In this document: one piece after another, positions 9,444 to 19,063 of the stretch
How positions within the stretch are numbered: position 1 is the first letter of the stretch
How the letters are laid out: each line of letters begins with the position of its first letter
DNA from: a virus
DNA: 64,000 bases
Strand: one strand, 5' to 3'
IMG/VR virus record: IMGVR_UViG_3300027586_000004
Location: 30,844 to 94,843 of that record
The notes under the pieces: model-generated
What the model was told of the DNA's origin: nothing
Databases searched by the model: none
What the model saw: only the letters and a program-made list of their open reading frames with translations
Program-made: the position numbers and the translations under genes

Positions 9444-10279
9444 TTGACTTTACCTGTTGCGTGGTAGGTTTTCCAATAGTTGTAACAGTTGGCCACATCT
9501 TCTGCATTTTTGATTTGGCCTCCTCTCAACAGATGGGACCAACTTTCAAAATTCTCAACCTCTTCTGGGGTTCCAAAAACTGTCACAAATGGCGTGTCAA
9601 AATAACCAACTCTTAAACCATCTTGTATTAGCAAATTGTAAACTAATGTTACATAACATTCGCCATTATAATTTAAATCTTTCTCTAGAGCCAAATCAAA
9701 GTATTTTTTAAGTATCGCTCCGTTTTTGAAATGATATATTCCCGTTGATGCGTGCTCTTGGGTTGGTTTGTCGGTGTAGGACTGCTTTTCTTTGATCTCC
9801 ATAATCAACGGATATTCATTGTGTTCCTTTACGAATGCCATTTTTGTGGAGGCAAGAGCGTGTGGATGGAATCCAGTGTGAGTAAGAATGCATCCGTCCA
9901 TTTTGTGATTTTTCACATGTGATTGAAAATTTTGTCTATTCAATATGCATGGATTGTCACAATACGATACGACAACCTCTTCGTCATCTCCTATAAATTC
10001 ATACGCACTTTTAACGGTATAGACTGGTCCTTTTTTGTGCTGTGGCATGGAAACGATCTTTGAGTTTGGAACTAAATCCAAAAGAACATTTTTCACTTCT
10101 GTGTTTCTTACATGATTGTCGTTGCATATGAAAACAAAATCATCACTTGTTACGTCAAACATTTCAAGTATGTATTCTATTATTCTTTTTCCATTTACTC
10201 TTATAAGTGGCTTCGGATCTTTGTAGTTTTTTTCTACAAATCTGTTGCCTGTGCCGGCCATGGGTATGACAACTTTCAT
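9440..10279 (-). CDS. Sugar-phosphate nucleotidyltransferase
   Basis: IPMAGTGNRF...PKPLI, EIKEK, TGIYHF, GTPEE. Confidence 0.88.
   Translation of the reverse strand: MKVVIPMAGTGNRFVEKNYKDPKPLIRVNGKRIIEYILEMFDVTSDDFVFICNDNHVRNTEVKNVLLDLVPNSKIVSMPQHKKGPVYTVKSAYEFIGDDEEVVVSYCDNPCILNRQNFQSHVKNHKMDGCILTHTGFHPHALASTKMAFVKEHNEYPLIMEIKEKQSYTDKPTQEHASTGIYHFKNGAILKKYFDLALEKDLNYNGECYVTLVYNLLIQDGLRVGYFDTPFVTVFGTPEEVENFESWSHLLRGGQIKNAEDVANCYNYWKTYHATGKVK
10125..10221. repeat. Repeat A copy 1 (97 nt, inside the nucleotidyltransferase gene)
   Basis: Identical to 16134-16230 except one A/G. Confidence 0.95.
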
Positions 10280-10382
10280 AAAAACTCCTTTTGCTCATTT
10301 GTCAAATTAGCAGAGTTCCAAACTGGGTTTAGCGTCTGTTGTTGTAGTTGTAGGTGTTGTTGTAGGTGTGGACGGGATTCCG

Positions 10383-10558
10383 ATAGTAATCCTTTACTTT
10401 TGTCTCTGTCAATATTTACGATCAAAAATTTTTATTTGATTTTGTTTTGGATAAATTGTCAAATCAAGTCAAGTCAACATGCCGACAATTGGAAGGTATC
10501 CATAGGTCTGTACGAGTTTTATGGCTTGGGCATATATACAATTCCTGGAGGTAGAGAT
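10383..10558. repeat. Repeat B copy 1 (~176 nt divergent intergenic module)
   Basis: Aligns to 17024-17204 with a few substitutions and one 5-nt indel. Confidence 0.95.
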
Positions 10559-11711
10559 GCACAATCCTAGAATTATTTTTTCAATTCCAGCTCATGAGTG
10601 TTTTGAGTGTTTGGAAAAACAAATTGAAAATTTGATACTAAAAGTTCCCAATAGTTTTATTGTAATTTTTTTATCAGCCAACAACAATTTCCATCTAAAT
10701 AAAAACTCCTTTTCTGGGTACGAGGATAAAGTTTTTTTAAATCCAGATTCAAAGCCTACATTCTGGCCGGATTGTTATTATCAGCACTATTCCAATTATA
10801 AGTTCATAAAAGACAAATTAGATTTTGATTATTGGTGTTTTGAAGCTAGCAATTCTATTTTAATAAAGGATGGTCTCAATGAATATTTGACTAAATATGA
10901 CGCTTTGGCGAAGTCTGATAGGCTTTTTGGACCTACGCCGAATCAGACGAACTTCAGATCAATTTTAAAAGCAGAGAATTGGAATAGTTGGTGGAATAGA
11001 TTACCTAAAGATGAAAGATTCATGAAACTTGTAAAAGATAACAAGTTTGAAATGTATAATGGCTTTACTGAAGGAATGGTTTTTAACAAACACATATTGT
11101 CAGAAATTTTTGATATTTTAGATTTTTATGAATGCAATGACTATAGAACTGACAATCCAAATTATTACCCTAGGGATGAGCTGTATTTTACTACTGTATT
11201 TTTCAGCAAATTTTCAGATTCAAAACATAACCACAATTATTGCAATGTAAATTTGAATGTTGATAATATAGAATTTACGATGAAATCATTTGAAGGATTT
11301 TATGCGGTAAAGCCCTGTCCGAGGGATGTGGACTCTAAAATTCATCTAATGCTATATGAAATGGCGGATGTTGGATTCGAAAAATACTTTTACAAGAAAA
11401 AAAACTATCAAATTGGTCAAAAAAAATTCTTTTTCACAAATGATTTTTTGGTAGGAAAAATATTTGAATACATGAACAAAAAAGAAAAACTAGGTGAAGT
11501 TAAATTTCTTCCGGGTGGAGAGATTGGTTTGTTTGATCGCAAAAATGAAACAAGATGGAAAATAGATGAACTTGGTGATTTGTATTTTTTGGACAACGAT
11601 GGAGTGATAACGACTATATTCTATGCCAAAAAAGACCAGTTTTTTTATGGAGATTTTTGGCATAAAGGATTGAAAGAAGGTTACCAATGGCATATGTTGA
11701 AATCACATTGA
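10557..11711 (+). CDS. Putative glycosyltransferase with C-terminal beta-rich domain
   Basis: GGAGG RBS before MHNPRIIFSIPAHE; GT-A-like N-terminus; glycan island context. Confidence 0.5.
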   Translation: MHNPRIIFSIPAHECFECLEKQIENLILKVPNSFIVIFLSANNNFHLNKNSFSGYEDKVFLNPDSKPTFWPDCYYQHYSNYKFIKDKLDFDYWCFEASNSILIKDGLNEYLTKYDALAKSDRLFGPTPNQTNFRSILKAENWNSWWNRLPKDERFMKLVKDNKFEMYNGFTEGMVFNKHILSEIFDILDFYECNDYRTDNPNYYPRDELYFTTVFFSKFSDSKHNHNYCNVNLNVDNIEFTMKSFEGFYAVKPCPRDVDSKIHLMLYEMADVGFEKYFYKKKNYQIGQKKFFFTNDFLVGKIFEYMNKKEKLGEVKFLPGGEIGLFDRKNETRWKIDELGDLYFLDNDGVITTIFYAKKDQFFYGDFWHKGLKEGYQWHMLKSH

Positions 11712-11790
11712 AATTTATCAAACATGCCCCGTCCTGACAGGTTCGAGCGCGATATATATCTTTCTTAAATTTTGACACTTTTATATAATT

Positions 11791-12852
11791 ATGATCAACT
11801 TTACATTTTGTGTTCTAGCTTGTGCCAAAAACGAAAAATACGCAAATAGATTAAAAGATTTTATAGACTCATATGGCTATAAAAATCTAAATAAGGAAAT
11901 AAAAATAAAATTTGTTTACCTGGTGGAGGACGAAGATAAGCCATCTTTCATGAGCGACGAATCAGTGTGGTTTAAGTGTGCTGGGATGCCGATGAGCTGC
12001 AGGTTTTTGAAATATATCAAAGAAGTAAACGACGACTCCGAATGGGTTATGCAAGTAGATGATGATTCTAGTACCGACATAGACAAAACTGTTGAATTTT
12101 TGAATCAATACTACAACCATCAAGATTCAATGATGTTGATGGGAGGAAGAAACACAGATTTAGAACGTGTTCAACAAGCAATTGTCAGAACTATGAATGT
12201 TGGCAACTTCTTTTTTGGATCTAACGACATTTCAAAATTTGATACCCATCCGTTTTTTGTTCACGCATGGGAGCCGACAATAATATCAAAAGCCGCGGTC
12301 AAGGTTATTAAGCAGTGGTCAAGACTGAACGAGTATTTTGATTTGTGTTTGAAAAACAGACCTACATTCGGAGACCAAACGCCTTATGTTGCCGCAAAAC
12401 TAGCAAAAGTTCCGATTGTAGAGTGCTCCTTCATGTCGCCTTTTAACAAACACATGGAATACAGCGCAATTAATTCAGGCGGTAGGTACTCACACATACA
12501 TTATGTTACTGACAAGTGGAGTGGGTATAGTGACTTCAAGAATAAAATGATACGAGTTAAAAGAGGAGAGATACTAGATAAACCGCAACCTGCAAAAGAA
12601 GATTTGTGGCAATTTTTTGGTGGTACAAAAGGAAAGGAATCTTTTTATGGAAATTTTAAGTTAAACGATGATGGAACTTTAGGAATTTACAACAATGATA
12701 ACGAGTTTTTCTGGGAGCGGGATGGCGATAAGATAGTTTTTCTAAACACAAGAAAAGAAAAAACATGTATTTTGAGCAAAATAAATGAAAATGAATATTC
12801 AGGAGAGTTTTTGCTAAATAAGAGTGTAAATCACAAGATAATAAAAACATGA
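11791..12852 (+). CDS. Putative glycosyltransferase (GT31/fringe-like) with C-terminal beta-rich domain
   Basis: WVMQVDDD DxD motif; island context. Confidence 0.55.
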   Translation: MINFTFCVLACAKNEKYANRLKDFIDSYGYKNLNKEIKIKFVYLVEDEDKPSFMSDESVWFKCAGMPMSCRFLKYIKEVNDDSEWVMQVDDDSSTDIDKTVEFLNQYYNHQDSMMLMGGRNTDLERVQQAIVRTMNVGNFFFGSNDISKFDTHPFFVHAWEPTIISKAAVKVIKQWSRLNEYFDLCLKNRPTFGDQTPYVAAKLAKVPIVECSFMSPFNKHMEYSAINSGGRYSHIHYVTDKWSGYSDFKNKMIRVKRGEILDKPQPAKEDLWQFFGGTKGKESFYGNFKLNDDGTLGIYNNDNEFFWERDGDKIVFLNTRKEKTCILSKINENEYSGEFLLNKSVNHKIIKT

Positions 12853-13961
12853 GACTATTTGAAACAATGCCAGGACTTGCATACTCTGCGGTTGATGTCA
12901 GATGCTTATCTCATGATGGGTGCATTGTGGATTTAGGTTGTCTTTTTTGGGATTGGTCTAGATTCTTTATTGGCAAAAAAAGGGTAATAGGAGTTGATCC
13001 ATATGAAAAAGAGATAGAAGGAACAGAATTGTACAAAGGAATTGTTTGCGATGAAACTAATAAAGTTAGCATGTCAAATAACGGCGTTTCTTCAAGCGTT
13101 TTTAATGGAGGCGATGATTTAGTTAATGCTTTAAGTTGGTCAGATTTTTGTAAAAAATTCAATGTAGAAAAAATATCAGTATTGAAAATAAATATTGAAG
13201 GTTCTGAATATAGATTGTTGCGGGCAATGAGTCAAGAAGATTTTGAAAAAATAGATCAGATAGCAGTAAGTTTTCATGATTGGATGAATCCGTCTTGGCG
13301 AAAAGATACTTTGGAATGCCTAAAAATTTTGGAAAAAAACGATTTTTCATTCGTAAAAATACATGAGCCTTATGGTTGGTATTTGGCAATAAAGAATAAG
13401 GAAATGAACGTGGACATAATTTTGGAAGCGTTGAAAAACAATTGGTTGTTTCGTAGAAAAATTCAAATCAAACATCCTGATATGTCAGGGGAACTCTATA
13501 GGCATTTCATGGGATTTTCCTGCGACTTGTCTGCCATTAAAAAATTGATTGACGAAAATCAATATGAAATTCAAGAATTGTACACAGATTGTTGTTTGTC
13601 AATTCTTGTTGGAAAATGGAATCCTGAACGAATAGCAGAAAATAAAATATCTGATAATAGGTCTGAATTACTTTACGAAATAGATTCAGACGCATCGGTC
13701 AATGTTGCAAAAATATTTTTCAAACATGCTTCTGGTGGCCATAGGCTTGACGTCTATCGAGTCGCAATTGAACATGAAGGCAAGGTCATATCCGAAGATG
13801 AACACCACGGATACGCGGGTTTAGGAGAAGACAAAAATTATTACAAAGTTGATTTTAAAGGCTTAAAAAATGTTACTTGTAGAGTTTGTTGCAACGCAAT
13901 TATAGATGGAAATAAATTAGATGGATTTGGAAACATTTATTTTGCCAAATGGAGCAATTAA
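12849..13961 (+). CDS. FkbM-family methyltransferase with extra C-terminal domain
   Basis: IVDLGC, VLKINIEGSE, QIAVSFH. Confidence 0.8.
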   Translation: MRLFETMPGLAYSAVDVRCLSHDGCIVDLGCLFWDWSRFFIGKKRVIGVDPYEKEIEGTELYKGIVCDETNKVSMSNNGVSSSVFNGGDDLVNALSWSDFCKKFNVEKISVLKINIEGSEYRLLRAMSQEDFEKIDQIAVSFHDWMNPSWRKDTLECLKILEKNDFSFVKIHEPYGWYLAIKNKEMNVDIILEALKNNWLFRRKIQIKHPDMSGELYRHFMGFSCDLSAIKKLIDENQYEIQELYTDCCLSILVGKWNPERIAENKISDNRSELLYEIDSDASVNVAKIFFKHASGGHRLDVYRVAIEHEGKVISEDEHHGYAGLGEDKNYYKVDFKGLKNVTCRVCCNAIIDGNKLDGFGNIYFAKWSN

Positions 13962-14641
13962 TGATAATACATCAAATTTGGCTAGGTGATGCTGATAGAA
14001 TTTTAAATCGCGACAAAATACTTATTGAGCAAAACAAAATATTTTGTGATCATTATTCGCATCATTACATATTTTGGTCTTATGACAAAATAGAGAAAGA
14101 ACTTCTTCCCAATTTGATTTCAAATGAAAACATTGCCTTGTTGAGAAAGAAGTACTCAGAAATAAAAAGAAAAAAGTGCTACTCTGCATTTGTAGACATA
14201 TTTAAAATAGCTGTGGTGTATTTTTATGGAGGAATGTATATTGATACAGATTATGAAATCATCACTAATGACTTCGCTAAAGATGTTCAACAAAGATGCG
14301 GACTTGACAAAATAGGAATAGTTCAGCATTATAATTGGGGCATCTATGCGGCAGGCTTGTACTACGCAGAATCAACTTTTCAAAATGAACACGTTAAAAA
14401 CTTCATATATGGTTTGTTTGATTATTTCTTGTCATTGAAAGATATTAATGATGTGAATGTCGCGCTCACGGGTCCCGAGGGGATCAACAAAGTCATAAAA
14501 ACGCATGAAGTGCCTCATGTTTCTCTTGGGAAAAAATACATGTCAATGCCCTATGGTGCGAATCCTGAAGACGACGGTTCTTGGATGGTTCCTTATAAAG
14601 ACGCTTATCTCGTCCATTACTGGTCGGCCAGTTGGCATTAA
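13961..14641 (+). CDS. GT32/OCH1-like DxD glycosyltransferase
   Basis: IIHQIWLG, GGMYIDTD, TGP, HYWSASW; TAATG overlap. Confidence 0.88.
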   Translation: MIIHQIWLGDADRILNRDKILIEQNKIFCDHYSHHYIFWSYDKIEKELLPNLISNENIALLRKKYSEIKRKKCYSAFVDIFKIAVVYFYGGMYIDTDYEIITNDFAKDVQQRCGLDKIGIVQHYNWGIYAAGLYYAESTFQNEHVKNFIYGLFDYFLSLKDINDVNVALTGPEGINKVIKTHEVPHVSLGKKYMSMPYGANPEDDGSWMVPYKDAYLVHYWSASWH

Positions 14642-14680
14642 AAAGAACAATTGAAATACTTTGTTCATGGCATAGCCGAA

Positions 14681-14709
14681 TTGCAAAAATGGAAAATTTT
14701 GGCTAAGAT
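14681..14709 (+). promoter_or_regulatory. Sigma70-type promoter, probably leaderless transcript
   Basis: TTGCAA-17 nt-TAAGAT, ATG 6 nt downstream. Confidence 0.55.
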
Positions 14710-14715
14710 AAGACA

Positions 14716-16125
14716 ATGAAAGAAACCGTCCTCCGCATACAAAACTGCTACTCCTGGCTCTACTGCGAGAAGCCCGAGGTCTTGAGCGTTCTCCACGAGA
14801 ACATGCGGTTCAGGGAGAGGGGCTACTTCCACAGCCGGCTCTACAAGCAGAAACTATGGGACGGGTACACGGAGTTCTTCAGCAAGAAGACGGGCAGGTT
14901 TCTCACGGGACTGCTCCCCGAGGTCAAGGCGGCCCTCGCCCACATCGGCGAGGAGTTCAGGGTTCTTGATGAGCGGGACGCGTTTGAATTCAAGTTCAAT
15001 GAAATAGATGAGGAATTCCTCGGCAAGGACATAAAACTCTACGACTACCAGGTTGACTTGACCAACGCATTGATCAAATACAGGAGGGGCGTGATATGCG
15101 CGCCCACGGCGGCAGGGAAGACGGCCGTGATGGTCTCCATCATCAAGGCTCTCCCCGAGGGATGTCCCACACTCGTGCTTGCGAACAAGAAAAGCCTCGT
15201 GGAGCAGAACTACGATGAGATCGTCAAGTGGGGGTTTCAGAATGTCGGAAGACTCTACGGAAAGTACAACGATCCCGGAGTAATAACCTGTGCAACAGTG
15301 CAGTCCCTACATAAGATGGAGACTCTGCTTGACAAGGTGAAGGTTCTTATCGTGGATGAGATACACGAGAACATGAGCAAGGAGCCGAAGAAGTACTTCA
15401 ACAAAATGAAGAGCTGCTGCGTCAGGGCCGCGGTCAGCGCGACACCCTTCAAATTCGGCGGAAAAGACCTGTGCCAGAAATGGCTGGTAAAGGGCTACTT
15501 CGGGCCGGCCTTCAAGTCGAAGAGTGCCGGAGGCGTGCTGACGACGAGCCATCTCCAAGAGCGGGGCATGCTGTCCAAGAGCAGGTGCGTTTTCTACCCG
15601 GTGAGGGAGCCGGATCTGAAGTACGAGATATACATTGATGCCGTGACCCGTGGAATAGCGGAGAACTGGCACTTTCATGAAATGATAAAGAACCTTGCCG
15701 ACAGGCTGGAGGGGAGGACTCTGATCCTTGTGGAACGCATAGCCCAGGGCGACTCCCTCGCCTCGCTCATTCCCGGCTCCCTGTGGGTTCAGGGCAAGGA
15801 TGACCTGGCGACCAGAAAGATGGTCATAGACAAGCTCAAGACCTCAAAGGAGAAGGTTATCGCGATAGGAACACAGCAAATAATGACCGCCGGAATCAAT
15901 GTCATGACCCACAACGTGGTCAATGCGGCGGGCGGCCAGGCCGACCATCACATCATCCAGAGGGTGGGAAGAGGACTCAGGACGGCCGATGACAAGGATA
16001 TTCTTAACTACTACGACTTCGTATTCCACAACAACGACTATCTCCTGGAACACAGCAAGAAGAGGATCAAGATTCTAAAAAAAGAGGGTCATGAAATAGT
16101 GATTCGCGAAGAGATAGACTTCTGA
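14716..16125 (+). CDS. uvsW: UvsW-like superfamily 2 helicase
   Basis: LYDYQ, PTAAGKT, DEIH, SATP, QRVGRGLR; WDG..F N-terminal motif of UvsW homologues. Confidence 0.85.
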   Translation: MKETVLRIQNCYSWLYCEKPEVLSVLHENMRFRERGYFHSRLYKQKLWDGYTEFFSKKTGRFLTGLLPEVKAALAHIGEEFRVLDERDAFEFKFNEIDEEFLGKDIKLYDYQVDLTNALIKYRRGVICAPTAAGKTAVMVSIIKALPEGCPTLVLANKKSLVEQNYDEIVKWGFQNVGRLYGKYNDPGVITCATVQSLHKMETLLDKVKVLIVDEIHENMSKEPKKYFNKMKSCCVRAAVSATPFKFGGKDLCQKWLVKGYFGPAFKSKSAGGVLTTSHLQERGMLSKSRCVFYPVREPDLKYEIYIDAVTRGIAENWHFHEMIKNLADRLEGRTLILVERIAQGDSLASLIPGSLWVQGKDDLATRKMVIDKLKTSKEKVIAIGTQQIMTAGINVMTHNVVNAAGGQADHHIIQRVGRGLRTADDKDILNYYDFVFHNNDYLLEHSKKRIKILKKEGHEIVIREEIDF

Positions 16126-16133
16126 TCGCGGCT

Positions 16134-16230
16134 CATATGAAAACAAAATCATCACTTGTTACGTCAAACATTTCAAGTATGTATTCTATTATTCTTTTTC
16201 CATTTGCTCTTATAAGTGGCTTCGGATCTT
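16134..16230. repeat. Repeat A copy 2 (orphan fragment of the nucleotidyltransferase gene)
   Basis: 96/97 identical to 10125-10221. Confidence 0.95.
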
Positions 16231-16236
16231 ATATAA

Positions 16237-16956
16237 TCATATTTCATTAATCCAATTCTTTCTAGTAGCAACTCCAATACCCAAATAAGATCCATTTACA
16301 CTATCATATTGATCAGTAAACTCGTAAAAATCATGAGTATCCACATAACATTCTTTTACTTCGTTCCACCATTGTGTTACTCCAGGACAAGCATCACTTA
16401 AAATATCATGAAAAACTTGTATGTTACATTTATCTTTTGTTATTATTGAATCATTTTTAACTCCATCATAACTATGATCTCCATCAATAAAAATTAAATC
16501 AAAAAAATTACTTTCAATATATTTTTTAAATTCACTTGATGAAGAATTTATTTTTTTAAAAGAAGCATTATCATTAAATTCTACATATTCTTGCAATAGA
16601 TTACATGAATCAATAATGTCTACAGAAACAGATTCACTAAAGTTAAAATTTAATCTATTAAGATATTCTGTGGTTAATATAAAAGTACCACCAAATCTAC
16701 ATCCAATTTCCAAATAAGAATTTATTTTTTTAGATGACAAGTATTTTAAATATTTTGAAAATTGATTTGGATATTGCCAGATACGTAAACCAAATCCTTT
16801 ACCATAATAATCATATAATTCTTTAGGTTGTTCAGATAAAAGTTCATTATTCAACCCAAATTTTAAGATTAATTCATTTTCTATAAATGATTCATCTTTG
16901 AGTTTTTTTATAGTTATTTTTTCAAAATAACTCCTAACTTCATTAAATATTACCAT
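16237..16956 (-). CDS. Class I SAM methyltransferase (Methyltransf_24-like), very AT-rich
   Basis: YLEIGCRFGG, DLIFIDGDHSY, FHD. Confidence 0.85.
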   Translation of the reverse strand: MVIFNEVRSYFEKITIKKLKDESFIENELILKFGLNNELLSEQPKELYDYYGKGFGLRIWQYPNQFSKYLKYLSSKKINSYLEIGCRFGGTFILTTEYLNRLNFNFSESVSVDIIDSCNLLQEYVEFNDNASFKKINSSSSEFKKYIESNFFDLIFIDGDHSYDGVKNDSIITKDKCNIQVFHDILSDACPGVTQWWNEVKECYVDTHDFYEFTDQYDSVNGSYLGIGVATRKNWINEI

Positions 16957-17023
16957 TTAAAATCTCCACCATATTCTGAACTTCTTTCAAAAATATTCGC
17001 CAAAATAAACCAAAATAAATTTC

Positions 17024-17204
17024 ATAGTAATCCTTTACTTTTGTCTATATTCTGTCAATATTTACGATCAAAAATTTTTATTTTATGTTGTTTTGGATAA
17101 ATTGTCAAATCAAGTCAAGTCAACATGCCGACAATTGAAAGGTATCTGTAGGTCTGGACGAGCTTTATGGCTTGGGCATATATACAATTCCCGGAGGTAG
17201 AGAT
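17024..17204. repeat. Repeat B copy 2
   Basis: Aligns to 10383-10558. Confidence 0.95.
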
Positions 17205-17215
17205 ATATAGCCTTT

Positions 17216-18010
17216 ATGGATACCTTCATACAGTGGCTAGAGAACAGCGGCGACATATTCGGCTTCGAAGGAAAAAGGCACGAGAAGCCCAGTGAGGTCA
17301 ATGAAGACCCGATAATCCCCGTGGATGCAGGGGTCATCATAGAGACCATGCTCGGCACCGACATTGGGGGTCGCAAGGCGTTCTCCGACTACCCCGCCCA
17401 GATACAGTGGGGAAGGGAGCCGGGCGCGATGCAGATGGTCATAACCCCGCTGGGATCCTTCAAAAGCATCGTCAGGAAACTCTTGACAAACCTCAAGGGT
17501 GAGAGCGTATGGGCCTGCAAGAAGATCATACCCTACAAGGATATCATGCGTTCCAACGACAGATTTGACGAGGCTTTTGCCATGGATCTGTTCGAGCAGA
17601 TTGAAGAGATAAGCAAGGGCGAGATGGAGGCTCCAGTCTTGGACTATGACGGACTTGAGTCATTGACGCTCAAGGTGGCCAACAGGTGCGTCAGGAATGA
17701 TGTCCTGCCCGAGATATTCGTGTTCAGGGGCGTCCGCGCAATAAAGAAGAACGAGAACTACGTAATCTTCTTCGAGCCGAGGGGTCATGGGGTGGAGGCT
17801 CCGGGATCGGCAAGACTAGAACAGTTCATGATAGACATGAGCTACGACGGAAAGACGGGAATGGTCAGGAGCTTCGGTCACGACGTGCAGTCTCCCACGA
17901 AGGGCCACGTCTGGTATCCGCAGCCGTCCGAGTGGGACGAGTACTTCTCTCCGACCCAGGAAAAGAACGAGATAACCGACGCCATATCATCGGCGTTCAG
18001 GACATACTGA
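17216..18010 (+). CDS. Hypothetical protein with capsid-targeting-like N-terminus
   Basis: MDTFIQWLE; TATATA 6 nt upstream. Confidence 0.75.
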   Translation: MDTFIQWLENSGDIFGFEGKRHEKPSEVNEDPIIPVDAGVIIETMLGTDIGGRKAFSDYPAQIQWGREPGAMQMVITPLGSFKSIVRKLLTNLKGESVWACKKIIPYKDIMRSNDRFDEAFAMDLFEQIEEISKGEMEAPVLDYDGLESLTLKVANRCVRNDVLPEIFVFRGVRAIKKNENYVIFFEPRGHGVEAPGSARLEQFMIDMSYDGKTGMVRSFGHDVQSPTKGHVWYPQPSEWDEYFSPTQEKNEITDAISSAFRTY

Positions 18011-18011
18011 C

Positions 18012-18209
18012 ATGACTTTCAAGCAGTACCTCAATGAGATCGCGGGAACTTTCGCAATGGTGTCGTGCAAGGACATGGAAAACCCCAATTTTCAGGTCTG
18101 GGGGGCGATGTCTGATCTCAAATGCCGGAAAGGCAGGAGCTCAATTCCTAAAATGAAACTCAACGGAGACAAGGAGAATTCCAATGGCAAAGCCCACAAA
18201 AAGCAATGA
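18012..18209 (+). CDS. Small protein with capsid-targeting-like N-terminus
   Basis: MTFKQYLNE. Confidence 0.65.
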   Translation: MTFKQYLNEIAGTFAMVSCKDMENPNFQVWGAMSDLKCRKGRSSIPKMKLNGDKENSNGKAHKKQ

Positions 18210-18450
18210 TACCAACCTCAGGAAGGCAATAGTGGACATTGCCAAGGAGCTGGAGTCTGTGTTCAAGAAATACAGCAGGCAGACAAGAACCAAGGCGTGG
18301 GAGAGGCTGACCGGCAAGGAAGGCGAAAAAGAGGTCAGAAAGATACTCAATGACCCGACTCGTCCCATAAACACTTTTCAGAAATTGGCCACAAAAAACG
18401 AAACTGTGACGAAATTTGGGGAGTGGATCAAAGAGCGAACCAACGGCTAG
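18184..18450 (+). CDS. Hypothetical protein
   Basis: AAGGAG RBS; C-terminal NETVTKFGEWIKE. Confidence 0.65.
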   Translation: MAKPTKSNDTNLRKAIVDIAKELESVFKKYSRQTRTKAWERLTGKEGEKEVRKILNDPTRPINTFQKLATKNETVTKFGEWIKERTNG

Positions 18451-18453
18451 TCG

Positions 18454-18480
18454 ATCGGGCCGGGACATTGCCCGCCCGGT
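18454..18480. terminator. GC-rich hairpin between convergent genes
   Basis: ATCGGGC(C)GGG-ACATTG-CCCGCCCGGT. Confidence 0.35.
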
Positions 18481-18515
18481 TGGATAACTCTTCTGGGGTG
18501 ACCCGTCTAGAATCA

Positions 18516-19058
18516 TTAACAAGCCTCGGCGTTTGGGCAAATAGCGGCAGGGCACGATTCGCAACCGGGGCAATTACCAATCTCGCAGTCGGGAGCGCAG
18601 TCCGTTGGCGGGTTCGCGCAGTCACAATCATAAATTTGCACTCCAGAGGTTAGAAGGCCTCCGCACGCAACGGTAAGTGTTTGGCCTAATACGACACTTG
18701 GAGATACAGTTGTATTTGTCCACATAATGTCCACGGAAGCCCCAACACACACTGTAAGTGTGGAGCGGTATGTGTAGTCTGCTGTCCCGTTTGAAAAGAC
18801 TGTTCCAGTCAGAAGTTCACGTCCAGTACCGAGTTCTGGCGCGCCTGGGACGTTCTCTGTTATGGTGAAGGGCAAGCCCGTGCCGTTTAAAAGTGGCGGA
18901 CAGCCGACGCCGGCGTCTGAATTTCCAGAAGTCCATTGTCTTACTCTCAATCGCACACGTATTTGACACTTTGGACAGTCAGTCGGCGGTGGCGGCTTGT
19001 CCAACAGAGAAAATAAAACATCCTTGTTCTTGGTATTTTTTATTTCTCCAAGTCGCAT
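18516..19058 (-). CDS. Cys-rich hypothetical protein, possibly virion-associated
   Basis: Thr/Gly-rich beta region, C-terminal run of Cys. Confidence 0.6.
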   Translation of the reverse strand: MRLGEIKNTKNKDVLFSLLDKPPPPTDCPKCQIRVRLRVRQWTSGNSDAGVGCPPLLNGTGLPFTITENVPGAPELGTGRELLTGTVFSNGTADYTYRSTLTVCVGASVDIMWTNTTVSPSVVLGQTLTVACGGLLTSGVQIYDCDCANPPTDCAPDCEIGNCPGCESCPAAICPNAEAC

Positions 19059-19063
19059 TATTT

